From: Felis catus
Taxonomy: Eukaryota
Direction: 5' to 3'
Length of the DNA stretch: 64,000 bases
Assembly (NCBI RefSeq): GCF_018350175.1
Contig: NC_058383.1
Location: 15,130,001-15,194,000 of the forward strand
Shown here: positions 1-11,499 of the stretch, one piece after another
How the letters are laid out: every line of letters starts with the position of its first letter
How positions within the stretch are numbered: position 1 is the first letter of the stretch
Made by a program: the position numbers and the translations under genes
The notes under the pieces: generated by a model
The model's database searches: none
Told to the model about the DNA's origin: nothing
Seen by the model: the letters and a program-made list of their open reading frames with translations, nothing else

Positions 1-370
1 GAGGCCGTGTGTGATGATCTAGCTGTGGTCCACCTCTCTGACCGCCCACTCATCCCTGCTGCCGGATCCCTTCCTCTCCAACGCACTAAGCCCCTTCTTC
101 CCTCAGCATTTGTATACCTGATGCTCCCTCTGGAGGGCTCACACCTAGATCCATGAATGCCTGGCTGCCCCTTATCATTCAGGTCTCATCTCAATGTCAC
201 CTCCTAAGAGGCTGGCCCCAATCGTTCTTCTACCCACTCCAGGCACTCTCTATTTTTTGCCATCATAGCACGTATCACCATCTAAAATGATCTTCTCCGT
301 CTACCTACCTGCCTGCCTATCTATTTCTTTGCTAAGCTTGGGAGTTCTGCTTCTATTCATCACACAGTAG
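1..370 (+). mobile_element. L2 LINE fragment (ancient)
   Basis: L2-like pyrimidine-rich sequence, e.g. 'atcattcaggtctcatctcaatgtcacctcctaagag'. Confidence 0.6.
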
Positions 371-389
371 CTCGTATTAAACCAACTCT

Positions 390-1045
390 CAGTTGTAAAT
401 AACAGTCATAACAAATAGCGGTCATAAATTCTAGGCAATACGTAAAAGACTCTAGTGCTCAAAAGGCACTGAGAGTGACCAAAAGTAGGAAGACACTGAA
501 GGGGAGTTGGAGTGGAAAGAGCGAAAGGCTGAGCGAAACTGAGCAGCTTCCTGTTTTTATGGCTTTCACCCAAGGGCAGCCCCCCAAAACCATCAGTACC
601 CTGTGAGGCCAGACACTGAAGTCTTACTGCTGAGGAATCGGAAGACAGAGTTGAGGGCATCCCCGGCAGCTAGAAAGGATGAGAGACGCCCCAGAAAGGA
701 GAGGATCACAGAGGGAGGGACCCAAATCTCGTGAGTAATGCTGTCAAACCTCTGGTTGACCCCCAAAGTCCGCACGGACAGGGCAGACTTGAGCAGCCCA
801 GCCAAGCTTCAAAGAACTGAGTGGACACTTCAGCCACCATCCAGCTAAAACAAACACATTGACAAACAAATAAATACTCTTCAGATGAACATAACAGAGC
901 CCAGAGTCTCTACTGCATAGCATTCGCAAAGTCCAGAGCACAATTCAAAATCACTGGACGTACACACAAACAGAAAAACATGATCCGTACCCAAGAGGAA
1001 AGGTAATTGATGGACACCAAGTTGATTCAGATTTTGGAATTAGCA
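390..1045 (+). mobile_element. Ancient L1 (L1M-type) 5'UTR/ORF1-start fragment
   Basis: A-rich 'cagagtctctac...caaaatcactggac...cagaaaaacatgatcc...gattttggaattagca' resembles the region entering old L1 ORF1. Confidence 0.45.
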
Positions 1046-1329
1046 CCAAGTCATAATAGGCAATATTTGCTACATTTTTATTATCTGTACGTCACCACTA
1101 GCATGTGAGCTCCGTAAGAGCAGGAACCTGTTCAGTTCTGTCCCTTTCTCTGTCCCCAGCTTTTAGAATAACAAACGATGTATAGAAAACACCCCAAAAC
1201 TATAAACATGGAATAAAGCAGGATTGTATTTTTTCCTCCTTGTTTTCTATCTTTACTACTTGAGGTCCCTCCTAGATGAACTGAACACTGACAGAGAACA
1301 GAGCAATCTTATTCTTTTTTGAACACAGA

Positions 1330-1640
1330 GCACAGTTTTATGGCCATGAATTACTAGTGGCTGTTATAGACAAGTGGCTTTAATCTCTAATTGCTGTCAA
1401 AAAGAAAGGAGGTAGACCAGCTATCCTGAAACCCAACGTCATCATTTTTTAGAAAACATTCTTCATCACTTAGCTGCCGTCGGGTCCAAAATATGTATGT
1501 AAAGTTAGCTTGCTCTAGGACCTGGGTGTTCAATTTGTGCCCAGTTTATCTCAGAGGAAATTATGACGTCCACGGTTAAACATAATCGGTGTTTACAGGG
1601 ACGTTAATCACTGAGGTAGATGTTTACATTTTTTCTGGAT
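1330..1640. promoter_or_regulatory. Candidate enhancer (NFAT/CRE composite plus FOX sites)
   Basis: GGAAA-tta-TGACGTCC at 1556-1571 and TGTTTAC at 1590-1596 and 1621-1627, in sequence not recognisable as a repeat. Confidence 0.4.
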
Positions 1641-1750
1641 CAAACTTTTTTCTGCCACGGTCAGAGTTTGGGAAGTTGTTAGACCCTTGGTCTAGACTCT
1701 AGATGGGACCCCAAATTCTCCTTGAGGAGTTTCCCAGCCCTGCTCAAGGG

Positions 1751-1884
1751 CAGGGTGATATTCAAAATTGGTAACAACCCATAGGGCGCAGACTCTGACC
1801 GATCAAAATGGATGCCAGTCAAATACCAACCAATCAGAAGAGATACCAGCTCTAAGGAACTGGTCCGCCAGGAACTGCATCCTG
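1751..1884. mobile_element. Possible hAT-type MITE remnant (ORSL-like)
   Basis: Begins CAGGGTGATATTCAAA and contains 'gaccgatcaaaatggatgcc' and 'aaccaatcagaa'; recalled similarity only. Confidence 0.3.
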
Positions 1885-2266
1885 CCTAGCATTCTGTTCA
1901 GGAGGGTGTCCTGGTCACCTCCCCAGTCTCCATGAGAGAGTCAGTGCCACCTCCAGCTCTACCAACTGTTAAAGCATATGGGGCTGGACCCAACCAGCAG
2001 CCCAGGGCAGCTGCCCTCCAAGTACTTGTCAAGGAGAATTACCTCAACCTTCACTGCTCAAGGCTCATGCTGTTGGGAGAACCACCGCCCATCAAGTCAA
2101 GTCCCTCCCTTTTTCTAAACTGTAATTGTCAAGCTACTATTCGCAGTGGGAGACCTCTTTCTTCAAGTAAGTCTTACGAGGAACCCCAATGTGAAAAATG
2201 AAAGGAACAAAGCGGAGAGGGTGGGGTGTATAAACCCCAGTGCAACCCCCTCCTTTACCATCTCCC

Positions 2267-2267
<1 letters not shown>

Positions 2268-2308
<41 letters not shown>
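2268..2308. repeat. (CA)n microsatellite
   Basis: Perfect AC run of about 20 units. Confidence 0.97.
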
Positions 2309-2310
<2 letters not shown>

Positions 2311-2947
2311 CTTAAACACTGCAGCAGCCTCCGACATTACACCACAGAATCACTCATCATGGAGAACAGCTTGAAGGAAAGGCAGCCTGTCATAGGCTTA
2401 ACTCTGATTAGGATTGAGTCAGACCTTCAGAGAGTGTTTGGGGTAGCTCTGTCTCCCTAGCCGTGCCCCCCACCTGGAGGAATGTTACAACAGTCCTCCC
2501 TATTAAGTTCCTTGCCATCTGGACTGGCGGTAAGGCGGGTCAGGACGCTGCTGGTCGCACTGCACTGTGGTCCGTTTTGGGGGACCTGTGGGGGAATATT
2601 TCTTTCTGCCTCCAGTAACACGAATAGCTGTGCCTCTCCTGAGCAGCTGGTTTGCTTTTCTCACATGCATGCTGGGTCTGCAACCAAAGACTGCTTCCCT
2701 CTCTGTGTTGGCTCAGAGAAAGCCCAGGGCTGCCCTGGAGTTCACCTCTAGCAAACACAACAGGGTCCGATGTCATGGATTTTGCGTCCTAACCTCACTC
2801 CTGGCTCCAGCCTTGCTTCCTCAGTCTTGTTTTCCCGGGGTCTTATTTTCTCCGTCCATTTATTTGTTATTGAATTATGTCTTGCACTTGGACATGCGTC
2901 TTTGCAACCTGCCCTGCACCGCATCCTTTCTGGAACTAGGTGGAGAA

Positions 2948-2992
2948 CCTATAAATGGATCCTAAACGTGCACCGTGGCTCTCCTAAATTGG
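2948..2992. promoter_or_regulatory. CArG box (SRF) with adjacent CArG/MEF2-like site
   Basis: CCTAAATTGG at 2983-2992 is a perfect CC(A/T)6GG. CCTATAAATGG at 2948-2958 is a near match. Confidence 0.4.
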
Positions 2993-3439
2993 CCACTTTA
3001 CGATCTCCTTTAGCAGGCACCAGTTCTCACGCCGCAATTTCACTGTCTTTTAAAACTAGGAGATCACTGCCCGGCCGAAGAGACAATGCTGATGAGCTAA
3101 CTAGATTCCTCTTTATTACAGACTCATGTGATCTTGCCATCTTGTGGGTGTGAGGCACCACAGCACCAGTGTGCAGAGGGGAAGTGCGGAAGGAGTAAAC
3201 CCATCGCTCACCCAAACCCAAATATTTGAATCCAAACATTTACTCCTCTCCCTACACCCCTCCACGGACTATGCTAAGGCTTTGACGGGGCAGAGGGCAG
3301 AAGAGGGAGGACTCAGGTTATCGGACAGTCTCAGCGGAGCTTAAGTGTCAATTTCTGCTCGTACAGTTTCGTTTGCCTCCAACTCAGCGACCAGAAGGGC
3401 GAAAAGCAATCTGAACCATCCAGTTGTCTTTCAGATACC

Positions 3440-4710
3440 GGTTAGTCTCCCCACAGCTCCACGCCGGGAAGGCAGCCTTAGCTCCCAGGGTCAGAGAAAC
3501 GGGTGAACGGGTGTCTCAGCAAAAGCAGCACATGCACAGGAAAGCAGGAGCTGGACCACGGAGCGTCCTCCGCGGTTCGTGTGATGCCGAACTCCGAGGC
3601 TTAGGTAGCAGCTCCGCTATATACACAGGGATGAAATGGAGACGATCTGGAGGAAAATCCCTCCCGGAAGGAATGTAAGACCAAAGAGCTCTCCCACACT
3701 GGCCCCACGCTCCTCAGTTCACCCGGGACCACACAGATGCAAGGCTGGGAGACCCCCCCCCCAAGATCAGGGACGGTGGCTGTGGTTCCTGACACTCCTG
3801 GGGGAAATCCACGGGGCACCAGTAGATGGATGAGCTCCTGCCACTCCCCCCCCCCCCCCCACCCCCCGGGCAACGCCAGGATACAGTCAGCGCAAATGCA
3901 AGAAAACCCTCAGCCTTGGCATTTGGGAACCAGTCTGAGCTTTTCATTCTCACTTTCGCTCAGGCAAAGGTGTTTCCCGCTTCAGACTGGCAGTCTCGCT
4001 GGTCTTGGGAAGGCAATCGGGGGCCGGGGCTAGAAAACCGATGAGGAGGACGTCGGCCTCGGCGCAAAGGCACGTCTCAGGGGGTTGGAGCCCAGTCCAG
4101 ACAGCCACCTGGGACCTGATTCAAAATGCGCACTGGGAGCCAGGGGCCGCCCGCACCCCGGAGAATATCTCTCACGACAGAGGGAGCCTCACCCTCCGAC
4201 CCACAGAGGTGAGCCCAGGGGACACGCCGGCCTCCTCTCGAAAATGCTGGGGAGACCCCGACAGCCCCGGAAGCGGCTGGCTCCCCGGTGCCGGACCAAG
4301 CCGGGGACAGCCTGCGCTGAGCTGAGGACTGTTTGGCACCTCCACCGGGTTCTCAGAAGGCAGAGAAAGAAGCATCCCTGCGGGGATGGCAGGAGAGAAC
4401 GTGCTGGAAGCCCATCTGCAGCCGCTTTCCACGCTGGAACATTCGGTCCCAGGATTAGGGAGGGTGGGCACTAGGCCTTGCGGGGTGTAAACACTGGTGA
4501 CACGCGAGGCGCAATTGTCTACACCGCCCTCCGCCTGCCCGGGACTCCCCGGAGTGGACAGAGCGGCTTCCTTCCCGTGGGACCGTAACTTGCAGCCGCG
4601 GGGAAAGGCCGAGGCCGTGGGGAGAGGCCAGCCCTGCTCTCCGCGAAACTGTGAATTTGCTGCCCCGCTGGGACTCTCTGGAGAATTCCAGGAGCCAACT
4701 CTCGGCCTCC
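3440..4710. promoter_or_regulatory. CpG-rich island-like region with NF-kB consensus sites; candidate enhancer or lncRNA promoter
   Basis: Visibly CpG-dense relative to flanks. GGGRNWYYCC matches at 3652-3661 (minus strand), 3747-3756, 4250-4259 and 4541-4550. GTAAACA at 4487-4493. Confidence 0.55.
3846..3867. repeat. Poly-C tract (G-run on minus strand)
   Basis: C15-A-C6. Confidence 0.95.
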
Positions 4711-5347
4711 CTTTGACAGAGTCACTTTTCATCTCTTTGGCTTCAGGCACAGGCAAAGGCGCACAGGCGAAAATCAGTTAATAACTATGCACATTTTATA
4801 ATAAATTTTAACAATTTAAGAGTCTGGTACAGCTTTATTATAGTTTTTATTTCAACACACTAATTCAGTGCGTAATAACCTGCCAGAAACACAGAATTCA
4901 CTTGACATATGCTCTGAGCGTCAAGATAATGGAATATGCTGAAGAAAAACCTTGGGTCACACCCAGCCAGGCAGCTCCTTCTCTCCTGGGGGATCTGGGG
5001 AGAGCAGCGGCTCTCAGAGTTGCTGAAATGGAATGGAATCTGGACGTCTCAGCCTGGGTCCCAGCCGGGCTTCCCTGCGAAGGGCGGCAGGGACCTCGGA
5101 GCTCAGACTGTGCCGTGTTTAACAGCCCAACTCTGCTGGGATTAGCCTCAGAGCACAGCCTGCCCCACTGCATTCCTTCGATATTTAGTGGCTGGAAGGT
5201 GAATGCCTCATCTTCTGGGGCTGGCGGCTGAGAGAAATGAGATCAGCCCAGAGGAAAAGCTCCCAGGAGCCAGGTCCAGCCTTCCTCCTCCCCCTCTCCT
5301 TCTTCCTGCCTCCCCCACCACCTCCCCTGCCCACAGTACCACCCTGG

Positions 5348-5540
5348 CATTGTTCTCAAAGCGTGGCCCCCAGATCAGCAGCCTCTGCAGCTCCCGGGAA
5401 GCTGTTAGAGGGGCAGAGTCTCGGCCCCACCTCAGTCCTACTGACTCTGAAATTCTGGGGGTGGGGTCCAGGGCGTCTGTGTCTTAACAAACCCTGCAGG
5501 TGATTACGGTGCATGCCGATCACTCAAGTTTGAGAGATCA
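5348..5540. mobile_element. MER5A-like hAT-Charlie DNA transposon (MITE)
   Basis: 'ttctcaaagcgtggcccccagatcagcagc...taacaaaccctgcaggtgat...caagtttgaga' is typical MER5A structure. Confidence 0.8.
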
Positions 5541-5859
5541 AGAGAGAGAGTTCTAGAAGGGTCTGTTGATGCTCTGATCAAGCAGAATGAGCAAGGTCTG
5601 GGGTCGAGCTCTCCTGCTGCTGTCTCTACCTTGCCAAGGAGACTTCCGCCTCAGTTTCCTCACGTGAGGAATAAGGACACAGGCTGGACACTCACTAAGG
5701 CCCCCTGCGGCCCTGACATGGCGACAGATGGCTGAAATGAAGCCCAGCGGAGACCCCACAATGGCCCTCTCTTTAGGGAGAGACCAAGTGGACCACATCT
5801 TAGAACCGCTCCCCCAACCCCCACAGGGTATGTGGTTGCCAAGGGCCATCTTGGCTTTA

Positions 5860-6120
5860 CTTTTTATTTTATTTTATTTTATTTTATTTTATTTTATTTT
5901 TAATGATTACTTATTTTTGAGAGAGAGAGAGAGAGAAAGAAACTGAGCACGAATGGGGGAGGGGCAGAGAGAGAGAGGGAGATACAGAATCAGAAAGAAG
6001 CAGGCTCCAGGCTCTGAGCTGTCAGCACAGAGTCCGATGCGGGACTCGAACTCACAAACTGTGAGATCGTGACCTGAGCTGAAGTTGGACACTTAACCAA
6101 CTGAGCCACCCAGGTGCCCC
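5860..6120 (-). mobile_element. Can-SINE (felid SINEC)
   Basis: Reverse-oriented tRNA-like head, (CT)n and A-rich tail. Perfect 16-bp TSD GGCCATCTTGGCTTTA at 5844-5859 and 6123-6138. Confidence 0.97.
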
Positions 6121-6319
6121 GAGGCCATCTTGGCTTTAAAACGAAGGAGAACAATGCCGAGGTGAGGGGTCCTTCACCAGGAAAAGTTAAAGAGAGGGAG
6201 ACACCAAGCTAAGTTGAGCGTGTGTGAGCGCACACACCGTATGAGAATTTATCCGGGTCCCTGCTTCTGTCATTTGTCTTCTCTCCCCTTCATCTCTCTC
6301 CTCTGTCTCTTGGCGACCT

Positions 6320-6660
6320 ATTTCTCCAAGAACATGACTAAGTCTCTCCCGTTCTGCTGGGGCATAAACAAAACCCTTCTTTAGGTGTTACAGCCTTCTC
6401 TGCCTGCCATCATCTCCCTCCATGCCATGACGATGAACTTTCTTGGAATAGCGGTCTCGCCTCAAACCATCACGTCAAAGCTCCACTTCCTTCCTTGACC
6501 TCCGTCCATCTGACTGCTGCCTCCATCGCTCCAGGGAACTGTGCTGACCGCCTCCTACTCTCCAAATCCATGGGCCATTCCCCGGCCCCTACGTTGCTTG
6601 ATCTCTCTGGCATTTAACACCCTACTACCTCCTCTAGGATCTACCTTCTGACTGTCCCTT
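6320..6660 (+). mobile_element. L2 fragment
   Basis: 'ctccaaatccatgggccattccccggcccctacgttgcttgatctctctggcatttaacac' resembles the L2 ORF2 3' region. Confidence 0.5.
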
Positions 6661-7128
6661 GTCAGGCTTCAGATGATACTGAATAACTGCCAACCTTTGC
6701 CCTTTTGTATCCTTAGCTTACGCTCTTGCATTTCACTGCATGAGTACATGTTTGTAAATGCTATCCAAAATATGTCGTGGAAATAGACAAGGCATGGTCT
6801 ACCTAATTTTTTCAGTGGCCCTTAAGTGAAACTCCAGAAGAAAATATTCTTCTAGAATGAAAGGCCAGAAAACTTCTGTTTTCCTTGAGCTTATCATCTC
6901 GTAAACCTCGAAACTCAAAAAGCAAATCTCAAAACGTCTGAAATGGGCAAATCGATACTGTCAGTTCTGATAGAGCACTGGCTAGAAATGATGACAATTT
7001 ATATACCATATAATTGTGATATGAGAACTTCTTGGATATATATACCATACTTCAGTAAAATTTTTAAGGACTTCCCACTTTGCCTTTTCTCACTGGGAAA
7101 TTATGATCAGATTAGTGGCTCAATGACA

Positions 7129-7376
7129 TTCTTTTTTATTCTTTTTATTAAAAAAATGATTTTTAATGTTTATTTATCTTTGAGAGAGAGAGAAGAGAGA
7201 GAGAGAGACAGAGTGCGAGCAGCAGAGGGGCAGAGAGAGAGGGAGACAGAATCCCAAGCAGCCTCCACGCCATCAGCACGGAGCCCAGTGCGGTGCTTGA
7301 ACTCACACACTGTGAGATCATGACCTGAGCTGAAACCAAGAGTCGGACGCTTAACCGACTGAGCCACCTAGATGCC
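7129..7376 (-). mobile_element. Can-SINE
   Basis: (GA)n and 'gagatcatgacctgagctgaaaccaagagtcggacgcttaaccgactgagccacc'. Confidence 0.95.
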
Positions 7377-7685
7377 TGAGATCTTGCTTTTCTATCCTAA
7401 ATTGTGTTTTCCTTGGTACAAAATTTGTATCCTTAGTTTATGATTATATGTTTTCGATTTCACAATTTGTACACATCCAAAATGCTTTATGGAAGTAGAT
7501 GAAGTAGAAATAAATGGCCTTTCAAGTAGGATAAAGGCTATTTTTTGTCTCTAAATCCTTCATGCCTGGCATATGGTAGTTGTTTGGTTAATGTTGGGAG
7601 AAAGAAAAGTTTATCTGTAAAAAAACAGAGAGAGAAAAATCAGGTAAAAGTGAGTGGAGGACGTAGGGGTCAAGAAGAAGTTTCC

Positions 7686-7883
7686 TTTTATTTTTAACTT
7701 TGGGGGGGGGGTGCAGAGACAGAGGAGAGACAGAGAGAGAGAGGGAGAGGGAGAGAGAATCTTAAGCAGGCTCCATGTTCAGCATGGAGCCCAACATGGG
7801 GCTCGATCCCACGACCCCGAGATCATAATCTGAGCCAAAATCAAGAGTTAGACACTTAACCGACTGAGCCACCCAGGCACCCC
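7686..7883 (-). mobile_element. Can-SINE (older subfamily)
   Basis: 'gagaatcttaagcaggctccatg...gactgagccacccaggcacccc'. Confidence 0.93.
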
Positions 7884-8094
7884 AAGAAGGGTTCTTTTTA
7901 AGAGGCAAGAGCTCTAAGCAGATCTCCAAGGGGGGTGGAAAGAAGACAGGAGAAAAGGATCTGTTGACAATGAGGAGGGTGATCTATGAATCTTGCTCCC
8001 AGAAGAGGAGAGGAGATAGAATGTAGGAAGGGGTGAATTGTCTTAAACCGAAGAGAAACCTCTTCTTCAATCTCCTTGATTGGTTTTTCCTCCT

Positions 8095-9430
8095 CTCTTC
8101 AACCTGTAAATAGTTGTAATGCCTCAAAATTCAGTTCTCTTCATCATAGTCTGTCTCCTGATGATTTCATCTGATATAGCTTGAAATACCATCTGTCCTC
8201 CGATGGCTCCCAAGACTGTCTCCAGCCTGGATCTCTGCTGTGAACTCAGGACTGCCCACTCAACATCTCTGCTGGGATGCTCACCAGACGCCTCAAAGTT
8301 AACAGGAGAAACACCGAACCCCTGATCTTCTCCCAAACCTCCTCCACCCACAGCCACCCCATGGGAGGCCAACGAAGCTTGAGTCATCCTTGACTCATCT
8401 CTCTCTCACACAACTATCCAATCCATCAGCAAATCCCATGGCCTCCATCCTAAAAAAGGGAGAGAAAGTCCAGAATCCTAGCACTTTTCACACCTCCACT
8501 GTTACCCCTTGTCCAGCCACCAGCCCCTCTCACAAGGATTTTGGCTTCGCCTCCTCGCTAGTCTTTTTGCTTCCACTCTAGCCCACCTACAAACTTTTCA
8601 CAGCATGGTAGTTAGAAGGTTCATTTTTAGATGTCTCCCCTCTGCTCGGAGCCCAGGGCTAACTTCCATCTTCCTCAGAGTAAAAGCCAAAGTTCTTATG
8701 CCTCTAAGAGTCTATATTCCAGTGCCACCTTCTCCCTCCCTCCTGTGTAGGGTTGCGCACATGCAGGCCCCATCACTGTCCCTGCATCCTACCCTCCTCT
8801 GCTTTCTTTCTCCTCCTAACATGCTATTTACAATTTACAATTCACTTTTCTGTTCTCACTGTTTGGCTTCCCCACTGGATGAAAGTTCTACAAGGAAGGT
8901 TCTACAAAGTTTCTGTCCAGTTTGTTCACTGCTGTAGCCTCAGAGCCTAGAACACAGCTTGGGATATGATCGGTGTTGATTCAGATTTGTTGAATTCAAT
9001 TTTCCCAAGTTATTCTCTTGCTTAAAACCCCTCAGTGACTCTTCATCGCCTTCGGAATAAAGTCTCCTCCTTTTTAGGCACCCAAGGCCCTTTGGGATCT
9101 GACCACCTGCCCACCTCTCCAGCCTCCTCTCTCACATGGTCCTCCAGAGCACAGCCCAGTAGAATTAGCCACCACTCCTTATGGCGACTTGTCCACCACT
9201 GGCCTCCTTTCCCAAGAAAAGTTCTTCCAAAGCCACCTCTTTGGGAACTCATTTTGGGAGTCAATCGAATTAGGGTAGGCCCCACCCCAGTGCCCCCACA
9301 GTGCCCTGGGCTCTTGCCTCTCCTGGCCTCTACCAGTCTGCACTGACACCCTTTGTTTACTAGTCTATCTCCATGCTTGAGAGCAGAGGTGCCTCACTCT
9401 CAGGTTGGTATCTCCAGCCCCTAGCCAAGG
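8095..9430 (+). mobile_element. L2 LINE fragments
   Basis: L2 hallmarks such as 'gactgcccactcaacatctct', 'gagtcatccttgactc', 'caatccatcagcaaatcc' and the 3' end 'gcctcagagcctagaacac...tttgttgaat'. Confidence 0.75.
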
Positions 9431-10193
9431 AGACGCTCTGTTAGGTGGTGGTGGTGGTGGTGGGCGGGATTGGTTATTATTATCGCTGTTACCTTTGATA
9501 AATATTTATTCAATTACTCTCCTCAGTAGTACTAAATGTCCATATGCAGCTCAACTTACTAATTAATTGGCTGATACATAGACTGGCTTGTTCTACTAAC
9601 CAGAGAAACATGATAAGTGCCTCTTTGCACCGAGAGCTGTTTTCCCTTTTTAGAACCTCTTCTTCTTCAAAGCATGAAGAAGAGGGAGTAGCACATAATG
9701 AGGGAGGGCAGAAGTCACCTTGACTTCTTAGCAATCAGAATGGCTTCAAGGACACCCCTGGAGTCCACAGGCACCTGATATGATCCTAGTGCAGGAGACA
9801 TTTTTTTATTACAATTCAAATTTCCATACAAAAGGATATATTTTAGTCTAAATTTATTGCAGTCACAGGGCTCTTTGATCTGTCTGGCTTACCTACATTT
9901 CTTAAGTAGACTTGAGTGAGAAGTGATTTTGCTTAGTCATTAAAAATCACCTATGGTGAAGGTTAAGTGTCCACACACCATCGTGTATTCATTCAATGAA
10001 ACTTTGTGCAGTTTTAGTGCCACTGGGAGCTGTGTAATGACACAGAAGAGGTCACCCCTGCCCTCGGAGAAGGCATGGCCCAGCATTTAGCAAAGGAGTC
10101 ACTGGAATTATTTAAGTAGTTTTATCCTTCACGTGAAGCTTTGCTTAATTGGAGGCAGATGCCTTCACAGGAAGACAAGAGGAAAGATTTCTT

Positions 10194-10402
10194 CTTCTTC
10201 TTCTTCTTTTTTTAAAGTTTATTTGTTTTGAGAGAGAGAGTGAGCGAACGGGGAAGTGGCAGGGAAAAGAGAGAGTTCCAAGTAAGCTCTGCACTGCCAG
10301 TACGGAGCCCGACACGGGGCTCAAACCCACGAACCATGAGATCATGACCTGAGCCAGAACCAATAGTTGGAAGCTTAAATGACTGAGCCACCCAGGTGCC
10401 CC
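10194..10402 (-). mobile_element. Can-SINE
   Basis: SINE body. 14-bp TSD AGGAAAGATTTCTT at 10180-10193 and 10404-10417. Confidence 0.95.
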
Positions 10403-10439
10403 AAGGAAAGATTTCTTTTGTACCCGCTGTGTACACAGA

Positions 10440-10570
10440 GTTCTGTCACCTTATTCCATTGAATCCTGACAGCTCTACCATTTCACACATTGAAGAAACT
10501 GAGGCCCGGTGAGATTAAATAGCGGGCCCGGGCAACATGTGAGTAAGTGGTGGCTCTGAGATCCCAGTGA
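10440..10570 (-). mobile_element. MIR fragment
   Basis: 'catttcacacattgaagaaactgaggcccggtgagattaaat' resembles the MIR core. Confidence 0.65.
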
Positions 10571-10747
10571 AGGTCTGCCAACAAAGGCCACGCCCTTTCC
10601 ATTCCACCACCCTGGTGATGCGAACGCCCGCTCAGGCCATTCCAAGAACACCCATGGACCACAAAATGTACAGAGTTGCCATGTCTAAACGAACTCCATT
10701 GGGATCCTTTTACAGCTTTTTGAAAGCCAACAGTCATCCAGTAAATT

Positions 10748-10750
<3 letters not shown>

Positions 10751-10783
<33 letters not shown>
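10751..10783. repeat. (CA)n microsatellite
   Basis: Perfect AC run. Confidence 0.97.
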
Positions 10784-10785
<2 letters not shown>

Positions 10786-11499
10786 ATTAAGTTGAAAAGA
10801 AAAATTGACCCAAAGGAATAGTCTACTTATCTACATATTTACCCGTCCAAGGACATGGTTGGTGGCGTCTATCCAGGCCTCTCCCTGCCCTGGGAGGGCT
10901 TTGGGGGAGCCCGGGTTCTTTTGGCTTCCTCTAGAAAGTGGCAGAGAAGAAGGGCGTCAACTCCAGCAATCATGCCGAGAGAGGCGGAGGGCCTATGGCG
11001 TGCAGGCCCCAAGGGTGCAGAGGGCCAAGAGCAAGAAGAGGTACCTATGGCTATATGAGGAGCTCCCAGGCGGACACTCCATCTGTGGGCTCACGGGAGC
11101 AGCCCTGCCTCCGTGGCCACAGTCTTACATCCCAGCTGCAGTGACCCTCAGTGAAGCCATCCGTGGACCAGCCAAAAGCAGAGCCCGGAAGTGGCCACCC
11201 AGCCTGCAATGCCACTTCTCTTCACCCTGCACGGTGCCTCCAGCACCCTACATCTATGGTGGGTTTTCATTTGCTGGAAACATCTCTCCCTGGACGCCTC
11301 CCGCGGAATCCTCAAATTATTACACAAATCCACTGCCGGGCCCAGTGATTCGGAGTTCCATCCAGTGCTTCATTTGTAGGCTTTGAATAGTCTCTCTTAA
11401 CCAGAGCGTTTCTGCCACGGCTGAGAGTTTTATTATTCTGAAAATAGGAATCACTTTGCACCCACAGTGTCTGGGAGGCAGATATCCTGCCTTCCCCAG

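Noticed and set aside
4172..4756. 194-aa minus-strand ORF and overlapping ORFs in the CpG-rich region
   Set aside because: Pro/Gly/Ser/Arg-rich, with ORFs open in several frames. This is expected from stop-codon scarcity in GC-rich DNA, and there is no recognisable domain.
10805..11386. 193-aa plus-strand ORF
   Set aside because: It starts at TTG rather than ATG, and shows no recognisable homology, exon structure or retrocopy hallmarks.
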